NCBI RefSeq assembly: GCF_022045235.1
Contig: NW_027266271.1
Span: 15,190,001-15,254,000 of the forward strand
Length of the DNA: 64,000 nt
Source: Haliotis cracherodii
Lineage: Eukaryota
Direction: 5' to 3'
In this document: positions 1-13,718 of the stretch, piece by piece
How positions within the stretch are numbered: position 1 is the first letter of the stretch
How the letters are laid out: each line of letters opens with the position of its first letter
The notes under the pieces: generated by a model
What the model was told of the DNA's origin: nothing
Database searches by the model: none
The model's input: only the letters and a program-made list of their open reading frames with translations
Made by a program: the position numbers and the translations under genes

Positions 1-460
1 CCAAATCACTCACTCATCCCATTGTCAAGGCGTGTGGCTCACTGTGCTCACCTCCAGCAGCACGACATCCATAGAACGCCATGACCAGAAATGAGCCCAG
101 AACTTTCCCTCACTGAATAAATTCTGGGACATGATACGGAGACGTGTGCGTCAACGTCACAGGCCAACCACGTTGGTTGAACGTTGTTTGGTCAGGAGAT
201 GCAAGAGAAGCGGGACAGACTGCCTCAAATCTCTCTGGGAGACTCAGACGCAGTGTGCCTCGAAACTTCCCATCTTACTCCAATTGTCCTTCAAGATCGT
301 TGGCGGTCACAATATCCCCTGTCACACTTCACTACCGGTTGTAATATGTTCCCAATTCGTTCATTATAATCATACAACTATTACTAGATACTATTATCGT
401 TTACAATTTTGGAAATGTTTCGCTATTGAAGGGTATCCCCTACTTTTTTAGAAGAGTATA
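1..460 (+). mobile_element. Decayed Tc1/mariner 3' end with right TIR
   Basis: Broken translation LQQHDIHRTP*PEMSPELSLTE..WDMIRRRVRQR resembles the Tc1 WPxxSPDLNPIEHLWD C-terminus; ends in ttttttagaagagTATA, similar to the TIR at ~20410-20434. Confidence 0.6.
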
Positions 461-1144
461 TGAGAGCTATCCATAGCCATGTGGCAACAACCTTAAGCTG
501 CGCGCGCATCACAATCACCAGACTCATTTCCGCCAAACTAGCAGAACCAGGGACAGACTTATATTGCGGCAGACCAACCGTGACCATGCAATATCTATGG
601 GGAATAACTTACCAGACACTTCTTTTGACAGTCTCTATTGATAACGATATATTGCTATTTCATAATATCTCGCTATAATGTGATTACTATTCTGGTTGGG
701 AAATTTCCATTACCGATGTTGTACTCTAAAGGCATTATAACTGCTCATTATAACTGCTCAAGTAATCCCCAGGAAAAGCCTTTCATGAAACATTTTACCA
801 TCCAGTGTAAATCGCAAACGTGTAGAATGAGCGGCCGTCAAGGGGTATTCCCTTTCAATTCTGTTCGCAATCGCATTGTGACAGAGCGAGAGATTAATTA
901 TAGTGGTGGGTGAGTGGTGGCTTAGTTTTGTGAGATTAAAGAGAGGGGATGGATGTGAAAAAAATGACTATTTTTTTCAATTTGGAAAGGTAATAAAATT
1001 GAACATTTTTTAGGGACTAGTAAATTTTTTTGGGTAGGTTTAGGGGTGGGGGGTCATGAGAGATGTTACATGTATTTGGGGGCACCCATGGAAAACAGTT
1101 TCATAAAGAAAGGGTGGGTTGGGAAGCAAATCACGACCAGGCCT

Positions 1145-1275
1145 AGTTTTATCCCCTTAATTCCGAGCAGGGTAACAACAAGTACCATCTTGTAACGTCT
1201 TTCGGTATAACGCGGCGGGGAATCAAACCACGAACCTTCCGCTCGCCGGGGAGACTTGTTTCCACTAGACCTTGG
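1145..1275 (-). mobile_element. SINE family D fragment (tRNA-like head)
   Basis: Matches copies at ~21000, 23600, 40915 and 52130 (cagggtaacaacaagtaccatc core). Confidence 0.6.
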
Positions 1276-1639
1276 AGGGAATCTTAAGATTAATGAAAAA
1301 AAGAGATTATTAGACTAGAATGATTTCGTATTGTACACTCCTTATGCAATATGGCGGGCATAATACATGTTGTCTAATCGTTATGCATGACAAATACGAT
1401 ACGAAAACACAAGAGCGTATCACTCCCTTTCACTTCTAATGTCATTCTTAAAATAACTGAAGGCTATATTTTCAATCACTTAAGTAACTTATGAAACAAC
1501 ATAGGAATACGATGCCTGCGTTCGCCGGCTTTAATAGTTCCAAACGATTTGGCGCCATGTTTTTTGAAATAAGTATTCCAACATCAGAAACCTATACGCT
1601 TTGGGAAAAAGCTTCTGGATTCCCATTGATGCATATAGC

Positions 1640-2245
1640 CTATTTTCGGACTGATATTAAATTGACAACAACCGATAAATATACAGTTCTTTGGAATAGG
1701 CCCGTATACAGCCTCAGACCTATCCAGGCCAACAAACCTGATCTTGTCCTTTTTGATAAATCCAATGAAATCGTTTGTCATTGAATTTTCCGACCCTTTT
1801 GAAACTAAACATTCAGGAAAACATGGCAAATATGCGGACCTCGCTTCCGCAATGTCACGTTTGCATCCCAAGTAGCAAGTTTTCCGACTCCCTATTGTTC
1901 TCGGTGCCTTAGGTTTGGTACCTCCCAATCTGTTGACTGACATTAGGAGAGTACCCGGGTTTGCTGCCAGGAATACAGCCCTTCTGACAATTTGACTAAT
2001 GCAGAAGGCTGCAGTGTTTGGGGAGTGTTCACATTCTCCCAAAAAGGTCCGGGTGGGTTTCACTTGGCAGTGCTTCCTAAGAGACGTCCCATTCGCTGTC
2101 TGGGCTGCAGGTAGAAGGGACAAGGGCCCAGAGCTGATGATGAGCCTAACCAGCTTGACTGTACCAGGATCACCCAAACCCTCTTTGCTGCATTTCTTTG
2201 TTTTAATCTGTAAATACTACTACAAATAATAATACTAATAATAGA
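1640..2245 (+). mobile_element. Non-LTR retrotransposon 3' remnant with restriction-like endonuclease (R4/Dong/NeSL-like)
   Basis: Frameshifted reading ANKPDLVLFDK..IEFSDP..KHGKYADL..PIVLGALG..MQKAAVFG fits the PD-(D/E)xK RLE domain; followed by a (TAA)n-like tail at ~2225-2242. Confidence 0.65.
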
Positions 2246-3112
2246 TGTCATTATTATGTTTTCAACACATCTTTATCTGCAATGAGCGACAAAACCAAAT
2301 ATGTGTAAAATGGTTGAGGTTTTATATCCACTTTTAACAAAATTCAAAACAAATCACGGCGGGGTTCACCAAGGAGGCGAACACAGAATGTAGAACTGCT
2401 TTCGAAGGCTAAACCAGCAGCTGGCCTGTATCCTGATGCTGAAGTTAGTACAAACAGCATCTTCAGTAACATCCTCATCCGCTGTAGCAAAGGGCCATAT
2501 TTTGTTGATGTACATGTACAAAGTGAAGTCTGTAAGGCATGGTCTGTAGTATCTCGATGGCGACAATACCATTAACATCCAACATTATCTTCTCTTCAGG
2601 TGGTCACTTTTGTCTGACAAAGCTGACAAAATAATGGACCCGAAGGCAACATCACAGGCCATCTCGACAGAATGTGAATATGTCTGTGGAAAGGAAATGG
2701 TAAGACCTCGAACAATCTAAATAAGATCACACCTACAACTTCGACATGACCCTGCTCTGCCTCAAGATCTGACGACACTTTAATCCTTAGCGAACTTTGA
2801 CCAACCAATCAAAAGGAATGATGCGGGTTATTGGACAAGTCAGATGTCATTTTTAGAAACGATTTAGCTTCATTTGTTTACCGCCTTGATTTGGAAATAC
2901 TAATATTTACCCGAAAGTACACCCATTGACTGTAGATACCAAATTGAAAAGAAATGATAGGATAAAAAAAATATATGAACAATATAAGAACGCGATTTTA
3001 AAGTATTTTCATTTAGGTACGTTTACGAGATACAGGAATGCCCGTCTGGATACTTTTTTTTTACGCTAACTGAAAATATAGGAGTCTCAAAATGTGACAA
3101 TAAAGTGTCATC

Positions 3113-3130
3113 ATGTTTTCACACAGAAAG
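3113..3130 (+). CDS. CHS: Candidate first coding exon of chitin synthase (MFSHRK)
   Basis: ATG..AAG|gtaaag, phase 0, matches the phase-0 acceptor at 3733; no homology support. Confidence 0.35.
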
Positions 3131-6100
3131 GTAAAGTGAAGGACTTACAGATTTGATTTCAATGGGACTGGATGCCTTGAAGGGATATACCGATACGTGA
3201 TGGTTGTATATCCTAATGAATACACAATTAAAGAGTTTATTATGATTTTGTCTAGCTGTTAATGAAAACAGTTGTTTTGCACAGGCTGCAAAGTGCTCTG
3301 GAACAGATGAGCAGAAGAAATAGGATTTTAAAAAAAATAAAAAGTGGTTAACCTTTCAAAAACAGTTAACCTCAATCTGAATAATTTAGAGGGTAACTTA
3401 CAAATGATTACAAATGAGTAAGTAAACGAAGTTTAACGTCGCAGCCATGTATAGGACCCATAAGTGGTTGAATTCACAGCGCCAGGGAACGATAGTACAC
3501 CATGGTCGCAAATCGTGACCCTTCTCAATTTATTACAAAGTATATTGGCGATTTAATAGGAGTGATACACCATAAACGACTGTTTATGTGCAAATGTATT
3601 GTCGATTCAAACACTGCTTGGATCTGTTGATGTTGGTAATGCCATAGGCACGGGATATAACAGCTATTAATGAAAGGAAAATATTGGTAATGATATTCAA
3701 CTTTAAATTGATAAAAATATGTCTTTTGCCAGATCTCCGATCATTTAAGTCCCTCTTTGTTTGGGGAGGCCGAGGATGCAGGCGTCGCCCCTCGGTCTGA
3801 CAGTACACAATTCATGTTTGTACTGGGTGGCTCTGGGGCTGGTTCTCCGCCTTCTACCCCCGCGCCCACACCGTGTCCCCAGGATGGAACCATGAGACCG
3901 TCCACCCCGAGACATAAAACCGAAGGAGACACAGCTCACCAAAGTACACAGAGACCTCCAACCTCCGCAACGCCCCCAGGTACCACTCAACACGGTACTG
4001 AAAGTCCCCCAAACTCCGCAGCGTCTCCAGGTACCACTCTACACGGTACTGAAAGTCCTCCAAACTCCGCAGCGTCTCCAGATACCACTCTACACGGTAC
4101 TGAAAGTCCCCCAAACTCCGCAGCGTCTCCAGGTACCACTCTACACGGTACTGAAAGTCCTCCAAACTCCGCAGCGTCTCCAGATACCACTCAACACGGT
4201 ACTGAAAGTCCCCCAAACTCCGCAGCGTCTCCAGATACCACTCAACACGGTACTGAAAGTCCTCCAAACTCCGCAGCGTCTCCAGGTACCACTCTACACG
4301 GTACTGAAAGTCCTCCAAACTCCGCAGCGTCTCCAGATACCACTCAACACGGTACTGAAAGTCCCCCAAACTCCGCAGCGTCTCCAAGTACCACTCTAGG
4401 TACTGAAAGGTCTCTAAAGTCTGCGCATTTTGTCGGTAGAGGTACAGCTCGAGACACGAAAGCCGAAACTTCAATCGCAGAGACCGAGAGGGTTGGGCTT
4501 TCTTATGGTGATGCATCAGCTGGAGAAACACATGACAAAGACAAACTTGAGTGAGTTTTCTCAAACAGAGCCTATGTTTAGCAATATTTTCTGACCATTT
4601 TTTAATCATTGTCTTTAAAATAGACGCATTTGAGATCACAGGAGGAATCATGCCACACTGTTAACTCCTTATAATTTTACAAATAAATAGGACCACCTGA
4701 ATCACCAGCTACTTACCTCAATGCTTGTCATTGTTACAATATTTCTTTCTGTTTGACAGTTTTTGGGACGTATTTCGGACTGTTGACACGGACGTAGTTC
4801 GAAAGGATGCTAACGACTGGATGACCTTTAAGGTCATAAAATGTATAGTTTACATCCTGCTATTCCTGATCCTTCTTGGCGCATGCGTGGCACAGAGAGT
4901 TGGTCTGATGGTCCTACTCTCCAACATTCCAGCAGCTTCCTCCACAGCAAGCACCACCAGGAACTTCGGCAGGAAGGCAAGGAGTGGACTTTCACGTTTT
5001 AAAAATAAAAGTCTTCCGGTTTTGCAATATATAACTAGAGCCCTTGTTTCCGATATTAAAGTTGAAAAAGAAAAAAATATACTTTGTTTTTCACAAGTCA
5101 CAAATATGAACCACTGTGGGTTTCTAGGATTTACACACTGTTTAGAGAGTAGGTAGTAGGACTTTACTCACAGTTCAGAGATTGGGTAAGGAGTACTTTA
5201 CACATTGTTCAGAAAGTGGGTATGTAGTACTTTACTCACTGTTTAGAGAATGGGTAAGTAGGACTTGACACACTAATTAGAGGGTGAATAAGTAGGTCTT
5301 GACACATGTTTCAGAGGGTGGGTAAGTAGGTCTTGACACACCGTTTCGACGATGGGTAAGTAGGCCTTGACACACTGTTTAGAGGGTGGGTAAGTAGGTC
5401 TTGACACACTGTTTAGAGGGTGGGTAAGTAGGTCTTGACACACTGTTTAGAGGGTGGGTAAGTAGGTCTTGACACACTGTTTAGAAGGTAGGTAAGTAGG
5501 TCTTGACACACTGTTCAGAGAATGGATAAGTAGGTCTTGATACACTGTTTAAAGGGGGTGGGTAAGTAGGTCTTGACACACTGTTTAGAGGGTGGGTAAG
5601 TAGGTCTTGACACACTGTTTAGAAGGTGGGTTAGTAGAACTTGACACATGCTTCATTGGGTGGGTAAGTAGGACTTGACACACTGTTTAAGGGTGGGTAA
5701 GTAACTCTTGACACACTGTTCAGAGGGTGGGTAAGTAGGTCTTGACACATGTTTCAGAGGGTGGGTAAGTAGGACTTGACACAAGTTTCAGAGGGTGGGT
5801 AAGTAGGTCTTGACACACTGTTTAGAGGGTGGGTAAGTAGGTCTTGACACACTGTTTTTAGCAACATTCCATCCACAATTATGCGGATTGTGAGGGAGAC
5901 ATTAGAAAAAAGGCGCCACAATGTGGGGTGGCATTTAATTAAGCTAGTTGCCATCCTTTGTGCAGGCGGAACAAATATGTTGCACATATAATTATAGTAA
6001 TGGAAACACGAGCATACTTATGGTTTCAAGATTATTGAGCATGGGCACGACTATGGCAAACCATCAAATTTAACCATACACCTTCATTGTTATTAATGAA

Positions 6101-9100
6101 CATATATTTATTCACCTTCATAATGTCATTCTTTATATCTCCAGGGCTCGCATTTCGATGAATCTATTCCATTTACCAATTTGATTGGCTGCGCTACACA
6201 GTCAAACGAACCAAAGACGTATATACGTCCGTGAACGAACCAATCAGAGTGAGAGTTACAAACCAGCCTCAATGTTGGGTTGGCGATATGAACAGTCCCA
6301 TTGATTGCGATGGAATTTGCCAGACATGTAACATTGAAAAACTGAATGACACCCAAAAGAAAGCCCTCGGAATATTTTTGAGTGAAAGAATGCCTTTTTG
6401 CATTTTTTTCCTTTTCGACGTTTGATTGGTCGGTAATTTATAATGGTAATGAGAACCAAGGGCAGGTAATTAAGGCCCCGAGAACCACTGGATCTAGGGG
6501 ATAGTGTTTGTTTACCGAGCCTTGTATACTACTCAAAATTTGATAAGGATCGTAGATATTTTTCTTAATAAAAAAACAAAATAACTGCATAACTGGCAAT
6601 ATTGTGTTCAAGTGAAATCAAAAACGTCTCCAACACACTTGCACGTGCATTTCATGCCATGGGAAATGCGTTTCACATCACAGTTCATGCTTTTGCTACC
6701 ATTGCACGATTTCCAATCAGGCAACGGTGTCTGATTCATTCTGAAACTTTAAACTCAATTGAGTGTTTACACTACGTTTATCTACGCAATGCCCCCTCAA
6801 CGTGTAAGGCGTCGCCGCACGACAGAACAACTGGGCAGATGTATTGGAATGCTTGATGCTGGCTATTCACAACGTGACGTTGCCAATGCACTAAACGTCA
6901 GCCAGAGCGTTGTAAGCAGGGCCTGGTCCCGACAGCAAAATTTTGGTACAGCAGCACACCGACATGGGGGTGGTCGTCAGAGGTCGACAACCCAACGCCA
7001 AGATCATTTTGTGGCTCTTCAGGCACGACGTCATCCCTTCTGGACAGCAACCAGCCTACGTAACGACCTCCTGAACGCCTCGGGGGTGAATGTGTCCACT
7101 CAGACTATACGGAATCGTCTTCACAATGCAGGTCTCTACTCGAGAAGGGCATGTGTCCGAATCCCCCTGACTGTTCGACACCGGCGGGAGCGATTGGAAT
7201 GGGCTGAAGATCATGTCACTTGGACACGGAACGATTGGGTTCCAGTTCTGTTCACCGATGAGTCCAGGTATTGTTTGGACTTTACAGACAGGAGGCAGCG
7301 GGTGTGGCGACGACAACGTGAACGTTTCCATGATGCCAACATCAGTGAACATGACCGTTATGGTGGTGGTTCCATCATGGTCTGGGGTGGAATCAACAGA
7401 GATGGAAGGACAAATCTTCATGTCCTGGAGAGAGGAACAATGAAGGGGGTGAGGTACCGGTATGAGATCCTCGATGTGTACGTCAGACCCTACGCTGGTG
7501 CTGTTGGCCCTGAGTTCACCCTGATGGATGATAACGCCCGTCCTCATCGCGCCAGGGTGGTTGAGCAGTACCTTGAGCAGGAGACAATTGTCCGCATGGA
7601 TTGGCCAGCGCGCTCGCCGGACTTGAACCCGATTGAGCATGTCTGGGACATGCTGCAGGTTGCCCTTTCACGCCGTAGAGCACAACCCACGACTTTGGCA
7701 AAGCTCAGACATGCCCTCGTGGAAGAGTGGAACAACCTTCCCATTGGGAACATCCGGGTGCTTATTGACAGCATATCTCGACGTTGTCAGGCCGTCATTG
7801 ATGCAAGGGGAGGTCATACTCGATATTGACACTTCATCGACTAAGTGTAATGATGGACTATCCCTCATAACTGTGTAATTCTTTCTCTTGTTTGCTGTTA
7901 ACATTTTTTAATGAAATGCCTTTTGGTGTTTGCAGATTTCAAACATTCCATATTGATACAAGTTCATGCCGTTCATGAATTTTCATTCATAACATGATTA
8001 AACACGTTTCTGAGTCAGAGTCATGTCTTTTGTTATGTTTGTGGTAACTTACACACATATCACCTAGTGATCCTTATCAAATGTTGAGTAGTACCAAGAT
8101 AATCTTACCATAAGTAAAGTTCGTTTTAAGTAACCACTGACAAACGTATTCAACAATAAATTACTCGGAAATTGTCAATGTGTTGACGTCATAATGTCAT
8201 TCCTGCTTGTCGTAAGAGGCGACTAACGGTATCGGGTGGTCAGGCTCGCTGACTTGGTTGATGCATGTCATCGATCCCAATTGCGTGGATCGATGCTCAT
8301 GATATTAATCACTGGATTGTCTGGCCCAGACTCGATTATTTACAGACCGCCGTCAAACAGCTTGAATATTGCTGAGTGCGGCGTAAAGCAACAAACAAAC
8401 CAACCAAACAGCCATCCCTAGTTCACATACTTACATTGATTGGATTTCCTAGCATAGACGTGCGCCATTCTTGAACATCCTTTGTTTTTTCAGGACGGAA
8501 AAAGTATAAAGTCGACCAATATTCAGACAGCACACTACTTCCACCTGACCATAGCAATGTGTATTCCTTACCTACTTACCTCCCTTATAGCGCTCTTCAA
8601 ATGGATGCTGGGAACATTCCCAACTCCAGGCGTCCTAACGTGGATCACGGTAGGAACATAGCCATTACAAGTTGAAAAACAAGTTTGATGATGGTCGTTT
8701 GAAAATGAATATAAATAGTCCTCTGAGATTATCATAACTGTAATCATAAAACGTGAAGGCCAGAGAATAACTAGTCTTGATTATCCACCGATCCATTGGG
8801 TGTAAAAGCGTTCAACGTATATATTTAATACACCTTTTATGGTAATCAATATACAATCCATATCTTCTCAAAGCGTCGAGGAGCACTGAAAATCAGTGTT
8901 GTCAACAGGTGTTCGTGAAGGGGTAACGGGTTAACGAGACTGATTAATGAGTGATTTCGGCAATTCGTTGCAAATTAGGTGTGTCGGAGTCGGTGTGCGA
9001 GACTGTCGGATTAACGGGACTAAACAGCTCTGATTAATTACCGACACACCTAATTCCCATCATTAGTGTCGGATAAAGCTGATTGTCGGATTAACGAGAC

Positions 9101-11370
9101 TTGACTGTATGTCGTAGCATCCTGTAGCACCCGTCACAATTTGCATTAAAAATAGTTACTCATGAACTGTACTGGGGAAACGATTATTCAAGTGTCTGTT
9201 TCATGATTACACTCAGGAAACATTTTATCGTCATATTTACACTTTGCATTTCTTTAGAAAAGTGATACGATATTTACCGTTTGTTGCCTGACGCTGCCAG
9301 TCACTCGATATCCGTGCCAGAGAAAAGATCATTTCAAGTTTCTATATGAGGATTGATTTCAGGATATAGTTATACGTTATTTAGTGCTTGTTGGGTTATA
9401 ATTCAGATCTAACTGTTTTAGGTTCTGTTATCGGAGACCATCCACTCCCTAGGACTGTGTGCCCTTGTCTTCTGGATCCTACCCAAGTATGACGTTGTAT
9501 CTGGAGCACTTCTCCTCAGCGCAACCAACATTCTGCCGTCCCTTCTACTGGTTACCTGTTCCGGAAACGTGTCAGGGGATTCCAAAGTAAAGGCTGCCTT
9601 GAAGAAGAGTTTGGATGTCTTTGCGTTGATCTGTCAAGCTTCAGTGGTCCTGTTGCTCTTCCCCTTCATAGATCCAACACAGCGCCTGGCAAATCCAGAA
9701 GACAAAGCTGTTTTGGTGATCGGGGTTTTGTTCACCTCCATCAAATGCTGGGAGACATTTGTAGATGGTCATATTGGCCTTCTTAATTCCCAGGGTTTGC
9801 CAGACAGCGGCAACTACAACAACCGCTTCATGAACAAAATACTGAAGATTCGCTTTGAACTGCAAGAAGGAAGGAGCAGCGTGTCGATGGTGGCGGGAGT
9901 GTGGAAGGTCATCATGACCTTTGCGGCAGTTTACTTAGTGATGTTTTTGAAGGGGGTTGATCTCAAGAACACTGACAAGGTATTTTTTGTGTTCACGGAA
10001 TTACACGAAGATACCACCATGCAGTCTTCCTTGTTAGCAGTGACTATTGGTGGCTTTGTAGCGTACTATGCAGCGTACACAGCCTGTAAGTTGCAGATGC
10101 AGATAATGTCCTTCGCTGTACCAATCGTCGTTTCCATCCTCGTTACACTGGGGATTTTGGCTGGTGACTGTCTTCACTATGTTACTGGTTTCATCCACAA
10201 CATATTCCTATTCTTAGAAAAGTGTGACGTCTCACCAAATGTGTACTATCTAGGGTTATCATGGTTATTGTCACTGTTGTGGGTCGCTCGACATATTTGG
10301 TTTCCAAGGCAAGGTCGACTGGAAGAGTACGAAAGGTAATGCTATTGTTGTTTTAGAAAGGAAATGTGAGGTTAGGGCTGGCTATGCCGTTAGAGACGAC
10401 TAACTGGTCGGAATTTCAGGCGCGTTGACCTGACTAATTGGTGTTATCCTGTTCCGATGAAGTAGATCGCTGCTCATGCTATCAGTCACTGGTTGTGTGG
10501 CCCAGACAGGCCGCCATAATTCTGTCGATGGTAGCGGCGTTACACATCATACTCTGATTCAGTATGAGTTAACTCCTTGATTAATCTGACACTCCCGGAG
10601 TGCCGTTACATTCCTGTATATCTCTCCTTATACATCAATAACATGTAGCGAGTGTAAATAGTTTCTATATTTCTTTCCAGCTTGTTCATCAACCCATATT
10701 ATTGTGGGATACTGACGTGTGAAAACCTTGTCCTGAATCGTCGTCGTCACAACGAAACTGTCACCTATTCCTGCGATGGACCTGACGATCAGCAAGAGCA
10801 CTTCTTCATAGTCAAGCCCAGAGGCGTAAAGCAGTCTAACTCTTCAACACAAGATGCAACCAGTGCAGATATTCCCTTCATATACGCATGCGCAACTATG
10901 TGGCACGAGACCAAGATAGAAATGACCCAGCTACTGAAATCTTTGTTCAGGTAGTTATAAATATTTAATGAGTGAGTTGGGTTTAATGTCGCTTTGACCA
11001 TTATTTCATATCAGGGTATGTTAGTTTAGTAAGGGTGATAACCCCACAGTTTAAAACACAAGCAGCGGATTCTAGCACGCATGAAGTGAGTGAGTGAATT
11101 GGGTTTAACGCCTTTTTAAACAGTATTCCAGTTATATCACGGCGTGTCAGCATAATGTGGGAGGAAAGCCCGAAGTGATCCAGGTCTCAGATGTTTAACG
11201 AGCACATAATAGGGGCGAACCGGGATTCGAACCCACAATCATGGGTTTCTGGCGTGTCAAGTGACACAACTCTGCACAGCGAATCGCGGCGCCTTAAACG
11301 ACTGGGCCACCCGTGCCCCCTTTGAGTCTTAGAATCGCACGGGCTAAGAACAGACGCCCGACCAAATGAG

Positions 11371-11403
<33 letters not shown>

Positions 11404-13685
11404 AGCACGTATGGAGGATGTTCGTAATTTACGAGAAATTTGGAGAATAACACCTTTCTTCTAATTCACATTTGTACTAAAAAGTACCCCCAAGTGCGTA
11501 TATTGAGTGAGTAAGTGAGTGAGTGAGTGAGTGAGTGTGTTGGGTTTAACGCCGCTTTTAACAGTATTCCAGTCATATCACGGCGTGTCAGCTTAATGTG
11601 GGAGGAAAGCCCGAGGTGATGCAGGTCTCAGACGTTTACCACTTCGGCGAAACCCACGAGCACGGGTATGGTGCTGACAAACCTAGAAACATAATCGGGG
11701 CGAACCGGGATTCCAACCAACAATTATAGGTTTCTGGTGTTGACAACGTTAACTCTGCAGAGAGATATGCGGGGCCTTAGACGACTGTGCCACACGTGCA
11801 CGTATGGAGGATGTTCGTAAACGCGAATTTTGGAGAATAACACCTTCCTTCTAATTCACATTTGTACTAAAGGTAAAAGTACCCCCAAGTGCATGTATTG
11901 AGAACCGGATTTCAGTCTAGGGGGGATGTTGGTCGCTGATACTATTCCACGCTCATTGTATCCCCAGGCTGGACAAAGAACAGGCGTTGAGAGAGCAATG
12001 TGCAGTCCTCCGTAATACAGAAGACGTGAGAGATAGGTTCAACTATCAGGGTAAGTTTCAGCGGTACATAAAAAATACTGACCAAAAAACGATGATGGAA
12101 TTTGGACGCTCTCGATTATATACGATATGAACGCTGAGCGTTCGATTCCAAATTCAGTTCACCGCCATTAAATCTCAAAGGAACACAGCTCTGAATTGAA
12201 AACACAATATGTTTATCTCCATTGCACCATGACATATTTTTACTAGTACGTTAAGCTTGACAGATTTAGCGACGACTAACAGGAAATCCATCGGCTCTTA
12301 TACGGAGAAACCCCGTGAAGATTCGGAGTGAGAATATAGGTACCCTGCAACCTATGCTTGTCGTAATGGTCGATCGGGTGGTCAGGTTCGGTGACGTGGT
12401 TGTTCGTAAGTCATCGTATCCAAATTTGCGTGGTTCGATGCTCAAAATCAATGGATTGTCTAGTTAAGACTTGTTTCTTTACAGACTGCCGTCATATAGC
12501 CGGAATACTGTTGATTGTGGCGTTAAACAGCAACAATAAGAATACGGAGAATAGTTTACCCCATATCCTGGCTGATCATGTGTCATGGTATCTTACAACA
12601 AAGCTAATTGTCACAACCACAAGTGAATTAGTGTCGTGGTGGATTCCATTGCGTGAATTCTGTAATGGTGAAATCACTCGAATTTGTTGATTCCGGAAGT
12701 AGAATTAACTAGCGAAGGGGCTATTTCCGGAATCAACAGATTTGATTCATTTCTCTGAATTAAACTATGTCATGGCTGACATACGTATGATTTTATCTAT
12801 AATTGTGCGTCAGTTGTCCTATTTCAACATTTTTGTTCCAGCGCATATATTTTTTGATGATTCTTTGGAATTAAACGACGATGACAAATGGGAGGCTAAC
12901 GTGTTTGTAAGAACATTGGTCAACGTCATGAGCGACGCGTGCAGGTATGAGTCTTCTGTATGTTGAATCAACAGAATGATGTCTGACAACAAAAAACTAC
13001 CCCTGAACTAGTTTGACCCTTACACAAACAATGTTCGCGTATTGTTTATTATTGTTCATGGTTGCTGTACTCGTGGCGTATTATCATTCACAATTTCGTA
13101 ATTTCTTTTTCATTTCATTTAATAATCTCAGAAAACATGTTGTTTTTTTTGTTTTTGTTTAACGCCGCAACGAACGAACATTTAACCTACCGGGCTACCC
13201 AATACATCGACTCGCTTGCGATTCTAGAATTTAACACGCACTCAGCAATATTCCAGCTATATAACGGAGGTCTGTAAATAATCGAGTCTGGACCAGACAA
13301 TCCAGGGATTGACACCATGAGCATCGATTCACGCAATTGGGATACATTGACATGTTTCAAACAAGTCAGCGATCCTGACCACTCGACCCCGTTAGTCGCC
13401 TTTAACGACAAGCATAGTCTCGCCTGTTTCGGCAAGCATGGGTTGCTGAAGACCTATTCTAACCCGAGTCTTCAACATGTTTGTCAAGCTATGTCCTTGT
13501 TTTAATGTTCACTCAGCAGTTAATGGGTACCCGGGAGGATGTGATATGAATGCAACTGTCAACCTACCAGAGCCTCAAGGGTAGCTTGCCCATGGAGTTG
13601 AGAATGCAAAACGAGTGCACACCGATCCATTAAACAGAGTAGCAATACTACAGTATACGCCAGTTCGTAGTTTAGCGCTATATAG

Positions 13686-13718
<33 letters not shown>

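Noticed and set aside
3854-4651. Antisense 265-aa ORF
   Set aside because: Shadow of the 51-bp coding repeat of CHS.
5120-5857. CRISPR-like regular arrays (also 28059-28610 and 59521-60610)
   Set aside because: No unique spacers, no cas genes, eukaryotic context.
6145-6430. Possible extra CHS exon after tatctccag
   Set aside because: No CHS-like translation; the flanking exons already join in phase.
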